Of a stretch of DNA of 24,541 nt, positions 17,000 to 24,541 are shown in pieces (the first letter of the stretch is position 1; the number at the start of each line of letters is the position of its first letter). The stretch lies in the IMG/VR virus record IMGVR_UViG_3300035670_000087, one strand, 5' to 3'. Source of the DNA: a virus. Made by a program: the position numbers and the translations under genes. A model generated the notes under the pieces. That model was not told where the DNA came from. It made no database searches and saw only the letters and a list, made by a program, of their open reading frames with translations.

Positions 17000-19078
17000 T
17001 TATAGAAATTGAGATATTCTATCTATGACCTTTGTTGCGCTTATAGTTTTAGTGCATTCAAATTGTCTGTCTGTGTTTTTGTGCCTAGGACACCAATTCC
17101 AATCCCCAGCATCTAGCCTATCTGTGTTAAAACAACTTTGACAAATGTGCTCTTCTGGTGATATTCTTACACAATCTTCAAATTCTGTTTTAGGATCAGT
17201 AAATCCAGAAATTAAACAGGTATTAGTTCCTACAGCCCAAGATAACCAACTTAATCCGCTACTTATTCCTATAAAAAGAACAGACTTCTGTAATGTCTGT
17301 ATTACAGTTTCGATATTATTATTGAAAAGGTACTCTACACCTTTTGGATGTTTATTCCCCATATACCCATCCTCCTCTTTAGAGATCAAGGCAACTCTAT
17401 ATCCTTTAGATTTTATATAATCTACTAGTTCCTGCCATCCTGTTGGGTTGTTCCAATATTTAGTTTGGGCTGTGCCGTGTATAGCAATGCTGACTAAACA
17501 TTCTTTTTCAATATTTTTAGAAAGTTTTATTTTAGGTTTGACTTCTTTAAACTCCAAACCTAATATATCAGAAGCAGTTTTTTGTAAAGATTGGTTTCTA
17601 AAATCAAAAGGATTTTTATTTTCGTCAAATTCTCCATTTTCTTTATAAAACCACCCTATTGTATACATTGAATACAGGTTGTGAACAGTTGTTCCCGGTT
17701 TTACAAATTCTATCTCTGGGTAGTTGTCTTCAAAAAAATGATTCCAAAAAGTAGAACAGATAACTTTACAGTTGTGCTCCTTTCTAAACTCTTCTACATA
17801 AGGAAACCAAGCTAATGTATCCCCCAAAGCTTTAGAATCAAGAGCTATATATACTCTTTTTTGATTTAAATCTAAATAGTAATCATAAGAATTTATGCCA
17901 TCATCTACAAAAATATTCCAATTCTTATAAGATTTAATAGAAGTTTTTACCCAATGGTTTCTTCTTATTGTATCTGTATGCAAGGTTTTATTAGTATCTG
18001 TATCTATAAATTGTATGTTATACTCTCTATCGGGACCTCCTACTATTTCAAAAAACGCCCCTTCTATAAAGTTTATATTAAACTTAGGCGTTTCTGGTTT
18101 AGAAGGTATCCTTAGTATTTTTGTATTATTGTATCCACTTATCAATTGATCTTTTAAACTCATAGTATATTTTTTTAATAACTCTTTAACTCTGTTGTCC
18201 CAAGATAAATCGACTGCTTGTTGTCTTGCTTTTTTTGAATAATACGTATGTACTGTTGGATCTATTAGCTTACCAACAGCAGCAATTCCTTCATCTACAT
18301 TTCTATCTACTATGATCATTCCTGAAAGATCTGATCCTTTTTCATAAGTTCCTACTACTGGAAGTCCAGATGCCATAGCTTCTAACAAAGTTAGATTAGG
18401 ATGGCCAGCTTCTAATTGAGAAAAATGCAGGAATATACTATGCTCTTTGTAGAGATCTCTTAGTTGTTCCTCATCCAAATTATAAAGTATACTTGAATTT
18501 TTGTACTCTAGTGGATATTTTTTAAAGTATGACTGATTATTTAGGGGTCCTGCTATAGTTATAGGCAAGTTATAATGTTTAGCTATTTCTATAGCATATC
18601 CAAAACCTTTCCTGTCCTCTGCTTGATCGTGAATAAATCCGTTATTTGCTACACATAGTAACTTATGTTCTTTGTAATCTGAAGGAGTAAAGTAATCTAC
18701 GTTGACTCCATGAGAAAAATACTCAGGAATTCCTTCAAAATAGTCTACAAGATATTTTGCTGGTACAAATGCTTTTTTTGCATTTTTTATAGCCTGTAAA
18801 TTCTCTTTGTATGCATGAGACTCTTTTCCGTATAAATAAGCATGGTGATCATGCATAGTAAAATAGTACGGAATGCCTCTTTCATATGCGATGTTTGCCA
18901 AATTTGCCACATGTATGTGTACAACATCATAATCTTTTACATCGTCTAAATACTCAATTCTAGAATCATGTCCTAGCTTTAGTAAAGCATTGTGAGTTTC
19001 CCATATTATCTTTTCCACAGCTCCCCAACCATTAGGAGGTATAGGAATTAATCCTGGGGTTACGTTTACTACTTTCAT
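17000..19078 (-). CDS. Fusion: GT4-like (GT-B) glycosyltransferase + TibC/AAH-like (autotransporter O-heptosyltransferase family) protein O-glycosyltransferase
   Basis: N-half has IPPNGWGAVEK, RKGF and EAGHPNLTLLEAMASGLPVV (GT4). C-half has SKALGDTLAWFPYVEEFRKEHNC, FIGISSGLSWLSWAVG, LISGFT and CQSC...DWNWCPRHK...FECTKTI (four Cys, as in the TibC iron finger). Confidence 0.85.
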   Translation of the reverse strand: MKVVNVTPGLIPIPPNGWGAVEKIIWETHNALLKLGHDSRIEYLDDVKDYDVVHIHVANLANIAYERGIPYYFTMHDHHAYLYGKESHAYKENLQAIKNAKKAFVPAKYLVDYFEGIPEYFSHGVNVDYFTPSDYKEHKLLCVANNGFIHDQAEDRKGFGYAIEIAKHYNLPITIAGPLNNQSYFKKYPLEYKNSSILYNLDEEQLRDLYKEHSIFLHFSQLEAGHPNLTLLEAMASGLPVVGTYEKGSDLSGMIIVDRNVDEGIAAVGKLIDPTVHTYYSKKARQQAVDLSWDNRVKELLKKYTMSLKDQLISGYNNTKILRIPSKPETPKFNINFIEGAFFEIVGGPDREYNIQFIDTDTNKTLHTDTIRRNHWVKTSIKSYKNWNIFVDDGINSYDYYLDLNQKRVYIALDSKALGDTLAWFPYVEEFRKEHNCKVICSTFWNHFFEDNYPEIEFVKPGTTVHNLYSMYTIGWFYKENGEFDENKNPFDFRNQSLQKTASDILGLEFKEVKPKIKLSKNIEKECLVSIAIHGTAQTKYWNNPTGWQELVDYIKSKGYRVALISKEEDGYMGNKHPKGVEYLFNNNIETVIQTLQKSVLFIGISSGLSWLSWAVGTNTCLISGFTDPKTEFEDCVRISPEEHICQSCFNTDRLDAGDWNWCPRHKNTDRQFECTKTISATKVIDRISQFL

Positions 19079-20004
19079 TTTCTTTTTCCGTATATAAATC
19101 CAGCAGTACTATTTTCATCAGAGTCTCTATACTCAACTTCATAACCCTCTTTTACAAGTTTTTCGAATATGTATTTAGGATCTCCATGAAATTCTATAAA
19201 AAACTGATCTATTTTTTTATAGTAGTAGCTTGATAAGTTTTTTAAAACTGAATACTCTGCGCCTTCTATATCTAATTTTAAAAGATCTATTTTATCCTCT
19301 ACTTGTAAAATAGAATATATTGTTATTGTTTCTACAGATATAGTATGTTTCTCAAACTGTGTATTGTAGGTGCTTATAGTACTAGCTACTGAACTTCCCA
19401 AACACAAGTCAAAAAGCGCTAATTCTATTTTATCGTGTAGTGCTTTATTAATACAAATAACATTAGGTTGGTTTATAAAATTTTTATATAAACAGTGAAA
19501 AGGCTCAGGATCTGGTTCTATACTATAAATTCTTTTTGCTCCTTTATGACTAGCTAAGAGGGTAAAAAATCCTACATTAGCACCAGCATCTATCACTACT
19601 CCAGAAAAATCAATCCCTTTACATAAATCAGAATAAAAAAAATCTACATAAGAAGGCCCAACCATATCATGATTAGGAGTAATAAATGGGCTTTTTATTA
19701 TTGGTTCGGTATTGTTTAAGTAAAAATTTTCCGATTGTAACAATCTTCTATTTGGACCATATACTTTAAAAGTAAACCCAGGATAAGTGCCACTTTTCAG
19801 CACTACTTTCATTAACTTTTCTGATAGCGGTGCTACCCATCCTTTAAAATCTCTATTAAACTCGACATTTTCCCATGTATAATAAGCACAGTCTAGGTAT
19901 ACATCAGAGACAACAATACTTCCTAAAAATTTAGAATCTGTTATTGATTCAAAAGTAAAAAACCTCAATTTTTTATCAAAATGTATTTTTAAGACGTTAC
20001 TCAC
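19075..20004 (-). CDS. FkbM-family SAM-dependent methyltransferase with an N-terminal accessory domain
   Basis: VIDAGANVGFF, IYSIEPD, IDLLKLDIEGAEY and FIEFH motifs. GTG start overlaps the upstream stop. Confidence 0.85.
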   Translation of the reverse strand: MSNVLKIHFDKKLRFFTFESITDSKFLGSIVVSDVYLDCAYYTWENVEFNRDFKGWVAPLSEKLMKVVLKSGTYPGFTFKVYGPNRRLLQSENFYLNNTEPIIKSPFITPNHDMVGPSYVDFFYSDLCKGIDFSGVVIDAGANVGFFTLLASHKGAKRIYSIEPDPEPFHCLYKNFINQPNVICINKALHDKIELALFDLCLGSSVASTISTYNTQFEKHTISVETITIYSILQVEDKIDLLKLDIEGAEYSVLKNLSSYYYKKIDQFFIEFHGDPKYIFEKLVKEGYEVEYRDSDENSTAGFIYGKRK

Positions 20005-20830
20005 TCTCTTGAATTTTTAGTAAATAATCTACTGCTTGTTCCATATCATTTTTATCTTTAAAGCCATGATAAAGTAACACTTCTTTGGAATCATGAATAT
20101 ACTCCCAATCAGTACCAAAAGCATCATAGCTATTGCCTCCAAATTTATTTTTTGCTTTTGCCTCTTCTACTTCTTTTACTGTTTCTATTCTATGTGTATT
20201 TACAAAAGCAAATCCTAAATTTTTTGTTGCTCCTCTTTTCCAAAGACATATGTTAAAAGGGGTCTCATCTGCATACGGAAAATAATCCCATGCTCTATCC
20301 AACAAATATTTATTTTTACAGAACGATGTGTATTCTTCAAAAAAATCTCTACAATTTTCATTAAAAGAATAAAAACAAGACCACACATATCTCTGGCTTC
20401 TTTCTTTGACATTACAGTATTTCATGAGAAGGGTCTCGTCAAAAATCACTCTTACTCCGTTTCTTTCTTCCCACATAAACGGATAATCAAAAGCTCCATA
20501 ACTAGCTAAAGGATAAGATTCTTTATGTTTTATTTTATTAAAATCAAAATTAGAAGAAAATAACACATCCGTATCAGTAAAAGCGTAGTCCTCTCCTGGA
20601 AATATATCCATAGTAAATAGAGATAGCTCTGCTTTATAATAATGATATGTGGGGTATATAGGATTGTGCTGTATCTTTATGCTCTGTAAATTTTTAAAAA
20701 AAAAATTTGTTTTAAATCCTATGGTATAATAAACTATTTTTACATCAGAAGTTATTTTATTTGATAAAGATCTTATACAAGATATGGCCTGATGTTCACA
20801 ATTTTTGTCACTGTATAATATTAATATCAT
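19997..20830 (-). CDS. Putative GT-A-fold glycosyltransferase
   Basis: YKAEL...FTDTDVLF (DxD motif), ADETPFNICLWK and a C-terminal YHG.K, plus its position in the GT cluster. Confidence 0.65.
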   Translation of the reverse strand: MILILYSDKNCEHQAISCIRSLSNKITSDVKIVYYTIGFKTNFFFKNLQSIKIQHNPIYPTYHYYKAELSLFTMDIFPGEDYAFTDTDVLFSSNFDFNKIKHKESYPLASYGAFDYPFMWEERNGVRVIFDETLLMKYCNVKERSQRYVWSCFYSFNENCRDFFEEYTSFCKNKYLLDRAWDYFPYADETPFNICLWKRGATKNLGFAFVNTHRIETVKEVEEAKAKNKFGGNSYDAFGTDWEYIHDSKEVLLYHGFKDKNDMEQAVDYLLKIQESE

Positions 20831-20831
20831 A

Positions 20832-23390
20832 TCACAAAGGTTTAAAAGTATACCACTGTCTCCAATAAGGCTCTTCAGTAGTTTCGTATAATACTAAATT
20901 TTTATCTTTTACAAACTCATTAACAGCTTTCCTTACTCCAAATTTTCCAGCATAAATAGGATCTCCTTGTCCTGTCAACCAAATATCTCCATCGTCTGGT
21001 ATATAATCGTCCCCACAAAACAACCCTCCTTTTTTGATTTTAGGCCACCAAGCTACTATGTCTTTTGTGACTCCTTCGTAAGAATGATCAGCGTCTATAT
21101 AGATAAAATCAAAATACTCGTCAGGAAACATATCTGCGGATTTTACACTATCCATTCTTATTATATGAGCTCTATTTTCCCAAGGTTTAATATTTTTACA
21201 AGTTTCAATTAGACAATCGTAATGATATTGATCGTCTCTACCGTTCATATCTACATAGTGTCCTATATGTCTCCAGGTATCGATCAAAAATAATTCTCCT
21301 TTATGCCACCTCTCTAATATTATTTTTGAATAATCCCCTCTTAAAACACCTATTTCAACACCTCTACCTTCGGGATATAGTTCATTTACTAAAGAAGCCA
21401 ATTCTCTTTTGTTTACTGCTGATTTATTGTCTAAAGTCTCTTTTAAGTTCTGTATAGGAACTTCTATACATTCTTTACTTGCAAATATAAATCCCCCAGA
21501 AGCGTGCATATCTCTTACTTCAAACTTGTAACCGGCATTTTTTATATTTTCTATTAGTTTTAATACATCTTCATTGTAAGTTCTACCAGCTAATAAATGA
21601 TATTCTACAAGTATATTATCTATTTTTTCAAAATCACTAAAGTCTAGAGAATCAAATAAAGGGTACTCTCCCGTTTCTATATCAACTTTTAAAAGACTTA
21701 TTCTATCTATATTGTACTCAGAAATAAAAGATTTAAAAGATATAGATTTTACCTTATAAGAAGAGTTTAGTTGTCCATAACTAGCTATTGACGATATTGT
21801 AGAGTTTTCCTGATCTACAAAAAAATCAAGGTCTCCATCTTTATCAGACATAGCTTTATCTATTATGATAATTTTAGAATCGTCTACAAAAGTATCTTTT
21901 AAAACCTTCAAAGCTTTTACATTAGGCTCAACTGCGTATAGTTTGGAAAAATTAGAAACGTGTTTAGCATACTCAATCCACAAACCTATGTTAGCTCCCA
22001 CATCAACTATAACATCTAGATTTCTATTTTTTATGTATTTATCATATATTTTATCTATAAAGAACTCAAAATAGTTCATATAGGTTGGCTCTGTGTAGTT
22101 CTTTATTGTTACTTTAGGTTTCGATCTAGAAGGGTGTTTTATTCTTATTTCTTTTGAATATATTAACTCGTTGTTTTGATAAAACTCAACTAATAATCCC
22201 CCAAAATCAGGATCTGTTTCAAAATCTATAAAAGATTTAGGAGTTGGTTGTATCCAATATTCTACATTAGAAAAGTAGTCTTTATATTCTGCAGACCATA
22301 TAACAGACTCAGAATCTATTTCTCTTACAGATACAATTATATTTTTATGAGATCTCTCTGAGCTAAAATATACTGTGTTGTTTGAATTATCGTACCATAC
22401 TTTAAATGTAGGTTTATCATTCATATTTAAGGATTTTATAATCATATTAAAGTTACTCTCTTTATTAGAATTTAAGTAGACTATGTTATCGTATTTATCA
22501 AAATAATTTAAATACACGTCTAAATTATAAATCAAAGAAGGCTTTTTCCAGCTTATTGCCTCTCTAATAACCAATGGCATTGTCTCCTTATCTCCTATAT
22601 TTCCTCTAGAGGTAAATAAAAACAGATCTGCCATTTCATAAAAAGTATCTACATCACTTCTCTCCCCCCACCATTTGCAATTATCAGGAAAATCCTTCAT
22701 TAATGGTTCCCAATAATGTCTAAAATTATCTGCTTGGTTACCAATAAAATGAAACTGTATTGAATAATCTTTTAAAGCTTTTGCATACTCTATAACCTCT
22801 GCTTGATTCTTTCTTGGTGTGAATAGTCCTACAGTTATTACATGTTTTTTATTAGGATCCAACCCTAAATCTAATAGAGCTTGATTTCTAGATTTAGTAG
22901 GTGTTCTATATTCAATAGGATACTCAACTAATTCACAAGGTATGCCAGCTAATTTTTTATACTCCTCTACTTGGTACTGACTTACCATCATAAACTTATC
23001 AGGAAAATGCATTTTATTTTCTACCTGATAGCTAGAATCATGAGATGTTTCTACTATAACGTACTTCCTATCCGAAGAATATAACTTCCTAGCTACTTCA
23101 TAGGACATAAACATTTCAGGAATCTCTTGTAAATGTATTATGTGTGGTCTGTACTCTTCAATTATTTTAAATAAATGATGCTTGTCTTGGTCTAAAGTTA
23201 TTAAGTTTTTACCTAATAAATTAAGAATTTTATTCCTTTGAACTACCAGGTGTCCTCCAGTTACATCATCCCATTCTGCGCAATAAACATCAAAAACATC
23301 TATTAAACATTCTATCTGTTTATACAAATATTGAGGCATTCCCCCTGTTGACAAATGAGGGGCGATGAATAAAATAACTTTTTTATCCAT
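20832..23390 (-). CDS. Triple fusion: GT4-like glycosyltransferase + FkbM methyltransferase + class I (Methyltransf_24-like) methyltransferase
   Basis: GT4 motifs PHLSTGGMPQY, VGLFTPRKNQ and ETMPLVIREA. FkbM motifs VDVGANIG and LLKVDIETGEY. Class I motifs GVEIGV and FDFIYIDADHSYEGV..DI..W.PK.K.GG...GDDY. The ATG at 23390 is preferred over the TTG at 23411 given in the ORF track. Confidence 0.85.
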   Translation of the reverse strand: MDKKVILFIAPHLSTGGMPQYLYKQIECLIDVFDVYCAEWDDVTGGHLVVQRNKILNLLGKNLITLDQDKHHLFKIIEEYRPHIIHLQEIPEMFMSYEVARKLYSSDRKYVIVETSHDSSYQVENKMHFPDKFMMVSQYQVEEYKKLAGIPCELVEYPIEYRTPTKSRNQALLDLGLDPNKKHVITVGLFTPRKNQAEVIEYAKALKDYSIQFHFIGNQADNFRHYWEPLMKDFPDNCKWWGERSDVDTFYEMADLFLFTSRGNIGDKETMPLVIREAISWKKPSLIYNLDVYLNYFDKYDNIVYLNSNKESNFNMIIKSLNMNDKPTFKVWYDNSNNTVYFSSERSHKNIIVSVREIDSESVIWSAEYKDYFSNVEYWIQPTPKSFIDFETDPDFGGLLVEFYQNNELIYSKEIRIKHPSRSKPKVTIKNYTEPTYMNYFEFFIDKIYDKYIKNRNLDVIVDVGANIGLWIEYAKHVSNFSKLYAVEPNVKALKVLKDTFVDDSKIIIIDKAMSDKDGDLDFFVDQENSTISSIASYGQLNSSYKVKSISFKSFISEYNIDRISLLKVDIETGEYPLFDSLDFSDFEKIDNILVEYHLLAGRTYNEDVLKLIENIKNAGYKFEVRDMHASGGFIFASKECIEVPIQNLKETLDNKSAVNKRELASLVNELYPEGRGVEIGVLRGDYSKIILERWHKGELFLIDTWRHIGHYVDMNGRDDQYHYDCLIETCKNIKPWENRAHIIRMDSVKSADMFPDEYFDFIYIDADHSYEGVTKDIVAWWPKIKKGGLFCGDDYIPDDGDIWLTGQGDPIYAGKFGVRKAVNEFVKDKNLVLYETTEEPYWRQWYTFKPL

Positions 23391-23421
23391 TATAACATTA
23401 TTTAATAACAAATATACGGAA

Positions 23422-23604
23422 TTATTCTGTCTCTATCAAAGAAGCTTTATATTTTCTTCCTGTAGGATCTGCAGCTTGTAATTCAGCAGCTTTGTCTACT
23501 GCCTCTTGCTCTGTTGGGTATATATACTCAGGGTCTTCTGGGTTTAATTTTGATACCCAAATTTGATCTACGTTTGGAATAAATTGCATGATTACTTTGT
23601 ACAT
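23422..23604 (-). CDS. Small hypothetical protein (60 aa)
   Basis: ATG-TAA ORF that fills the gap between neighbours on the same strand, with a plausible composition. Confidence 0.7.
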   Translation of the reverse strand: MYKVIMQFIPNVDQIWVSKLNPEDPEYIYPTEQEAVDKAAELQAADPTGRKYKASLIETE

Positions 23605-23615
23605 TTTATTGAATT

Positions 23616-24422
23616 TTAAGTATTATTATAAGGAGACCAGCTATCACAATAGTATAAACTAGTCTTTGCTATACTAGATGCTTTTCCTATATATTCATAC
23701 ACAGTAGTAGTTAGCGCAGTCAATGCTATAGTAACATTTCCGGTAACAACAAAAGAGAAACCACCTCCAGAATCGTATGCAGTTCCACAATATTGCTGGC
23801 TAGTTGTTATACAAGTAGAACTTCCTACATTTGGAACAAAAAATACAGGAGTGTTATAACTCCATGATCTCATTCCTATATTAAATATTGTTCCGCCTGG
23901 TACAGAAGATACGGTTCCTAATAAATTACAAGAGGTACTAGATATATTACCTCCTATTAAAGTCAAGGTTGTCGGAGCTCCTAACCAATAGTACGCCCTA
24001 ACATTAGGTTCTGTACCAGATCCTGGAGGTATTATAGCATTTGGGATTGCTTGTAAAGATGCGTATACTGTTACTGTGTAATTTGGTGGGGGAGTAACTG
24101 TTGGAACATTAGTCACGGTAGGAGTAGGTGTACTTGTAGGTGCAGGGGTTGGTGTATTAGTTGGGGGGGAAGCACAAGATCCTAAATTAGTAATAATTAT
24201 ATTAGTTTGTGGAGTAACACTACATGCACATATTTCTAATAATACTCCGGATCCTACTGGTACAGTCCTACCAATCCCTCTACAATCTACATATGCAACT
24301 GTTAAAGAAACCCCTCCAACGTTTTCTATACTATATGCATCACAGGGACATGGAGTAGGTGCTGGGGTAGGCGTTGGAGTCGGGGTTATTGGACAGTTTA
24401 CAGTAAAAGTAAAAATAGACAT
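23616..24422 (-). CDS. Pro/Thr-linker, Cys-rich putative virion surface protein (268 aa)
   Basis: PITPTPTPTPAPTP and PPTNTPTPAPTSTPTPT linkers flank a Cys-containing module (C..Y....Y.DC.G....ICAC). The C-terminal domain is beta-rich. Confidence 0.75.
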   Translation of the reverse strand: MSIFTFTVNCPITPTPTPTPAPTPCPCDAYSIENVGGVSLTVAYVDCRGIGRTVPVGSGVLLEICACSVTPQTNIIITNLGSCASPPTNTPTPAPTSTPTPTVTNVPTVTPPPNYTVTVYASLQAIPNAIIPPGSGTEPNVRAYYWLGAPTTLTLIGGNISSTSCNLLGTVSSVPGGTIFNIGMRSWSYNTPVFFVPNVGSSTCITTSQQYCGTAYDSGGGFSFVVTGNVTIALTALTTTVYEYIGKASSIAKTSLYYCDSWSPYNNT

Positions 24423-24433
24423 ATTAAAACATT

Positions 24434-24541
24434 TTATAAGTATCCTTCCAATCCACTATACGCAACTATATGCAATATATCTGATGTAGTTGCTAAAGTA
24501 TAGTAATGAGTGTTAGTAGTATTTGAAGTATATCCAGAGAA
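24434..24541 (-). CDS. 3' end of an upstream gene (partial)
   Basis: The longest open minus frame at the edge reads FSGYTSNTTNTHYYTLATTSDILHIVAYSGLEGYL*, with its stop 11 nt before the next ATG. Confidence 0.55.
   Translation of the reverse strand, partial: FSGYTSNTTNTHYYTLATTSDILHIVAYSGLEGYL

Noticed and set aside
2737-22074. Short ORFs overlapping real genes (2737-2934, 5675-5872, 5997-6179, 9164-9484, 16276-16461, 17145-17420, 17448-17648, 20215-20412, 20967-21212, 21865-22074)
   Set aside because: They are antisense or out-of-frame within well-supported genes and show no recognisable motifs.
1-24541. Stop-codon reassignment
   Set aside because: Genes tile the window under the standard bacterial code with TAA/TGA stops and tight overlaps, and there is no fragmentation suggesting recoding.

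Overview
AT-rich, densely packed region with every credible gene on the minus strand. It is most consistent with the virion-structural (tail/fibre) region of a large tailed dsDNA phage. This is an inference from gene content, and no capsid, terminase or host marker lies in the window. In transcription order (right to left) it holds: a Pro/Thr- and Cys-rich protein; a small protein; a four-gene glycosylation/methylation cluster (GT4+FkbM+class I MTase fusion, GT-A-like protein, FkbM MTase, and a GT4 fused to a TibC/AAH-like protein O-glycosyltransferase with the 4-Cys iron-binding motif); and a 3329-aa fibre with five proline-free Gly-X-Y (GSS/GTS/GST) blocks. Next come three ConA/LamG-like proteins, a second 614-aa Gly-X-Y fibre, three more LamG-like paralogues, an 85-aa protein, and the 5' end of a third Gly-X-Y fibre that is missing from the ORF track. 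Best candidate for an undescribed system: a phage-encoded protein O-glycosylation (and glycan methylation) pathway acting on very long Ser/Thr collagen-like fibres that carry interchangeable lectin heads. Each fibre gene is preceded by the same promoter-like motif (ATATTTAT) and a structured leader. Two of the leaders share a hairpin with a conserved GGAUAnnGAA loop on unrelated stems. Family assignments come from motif recognition by eye, not from database searches.
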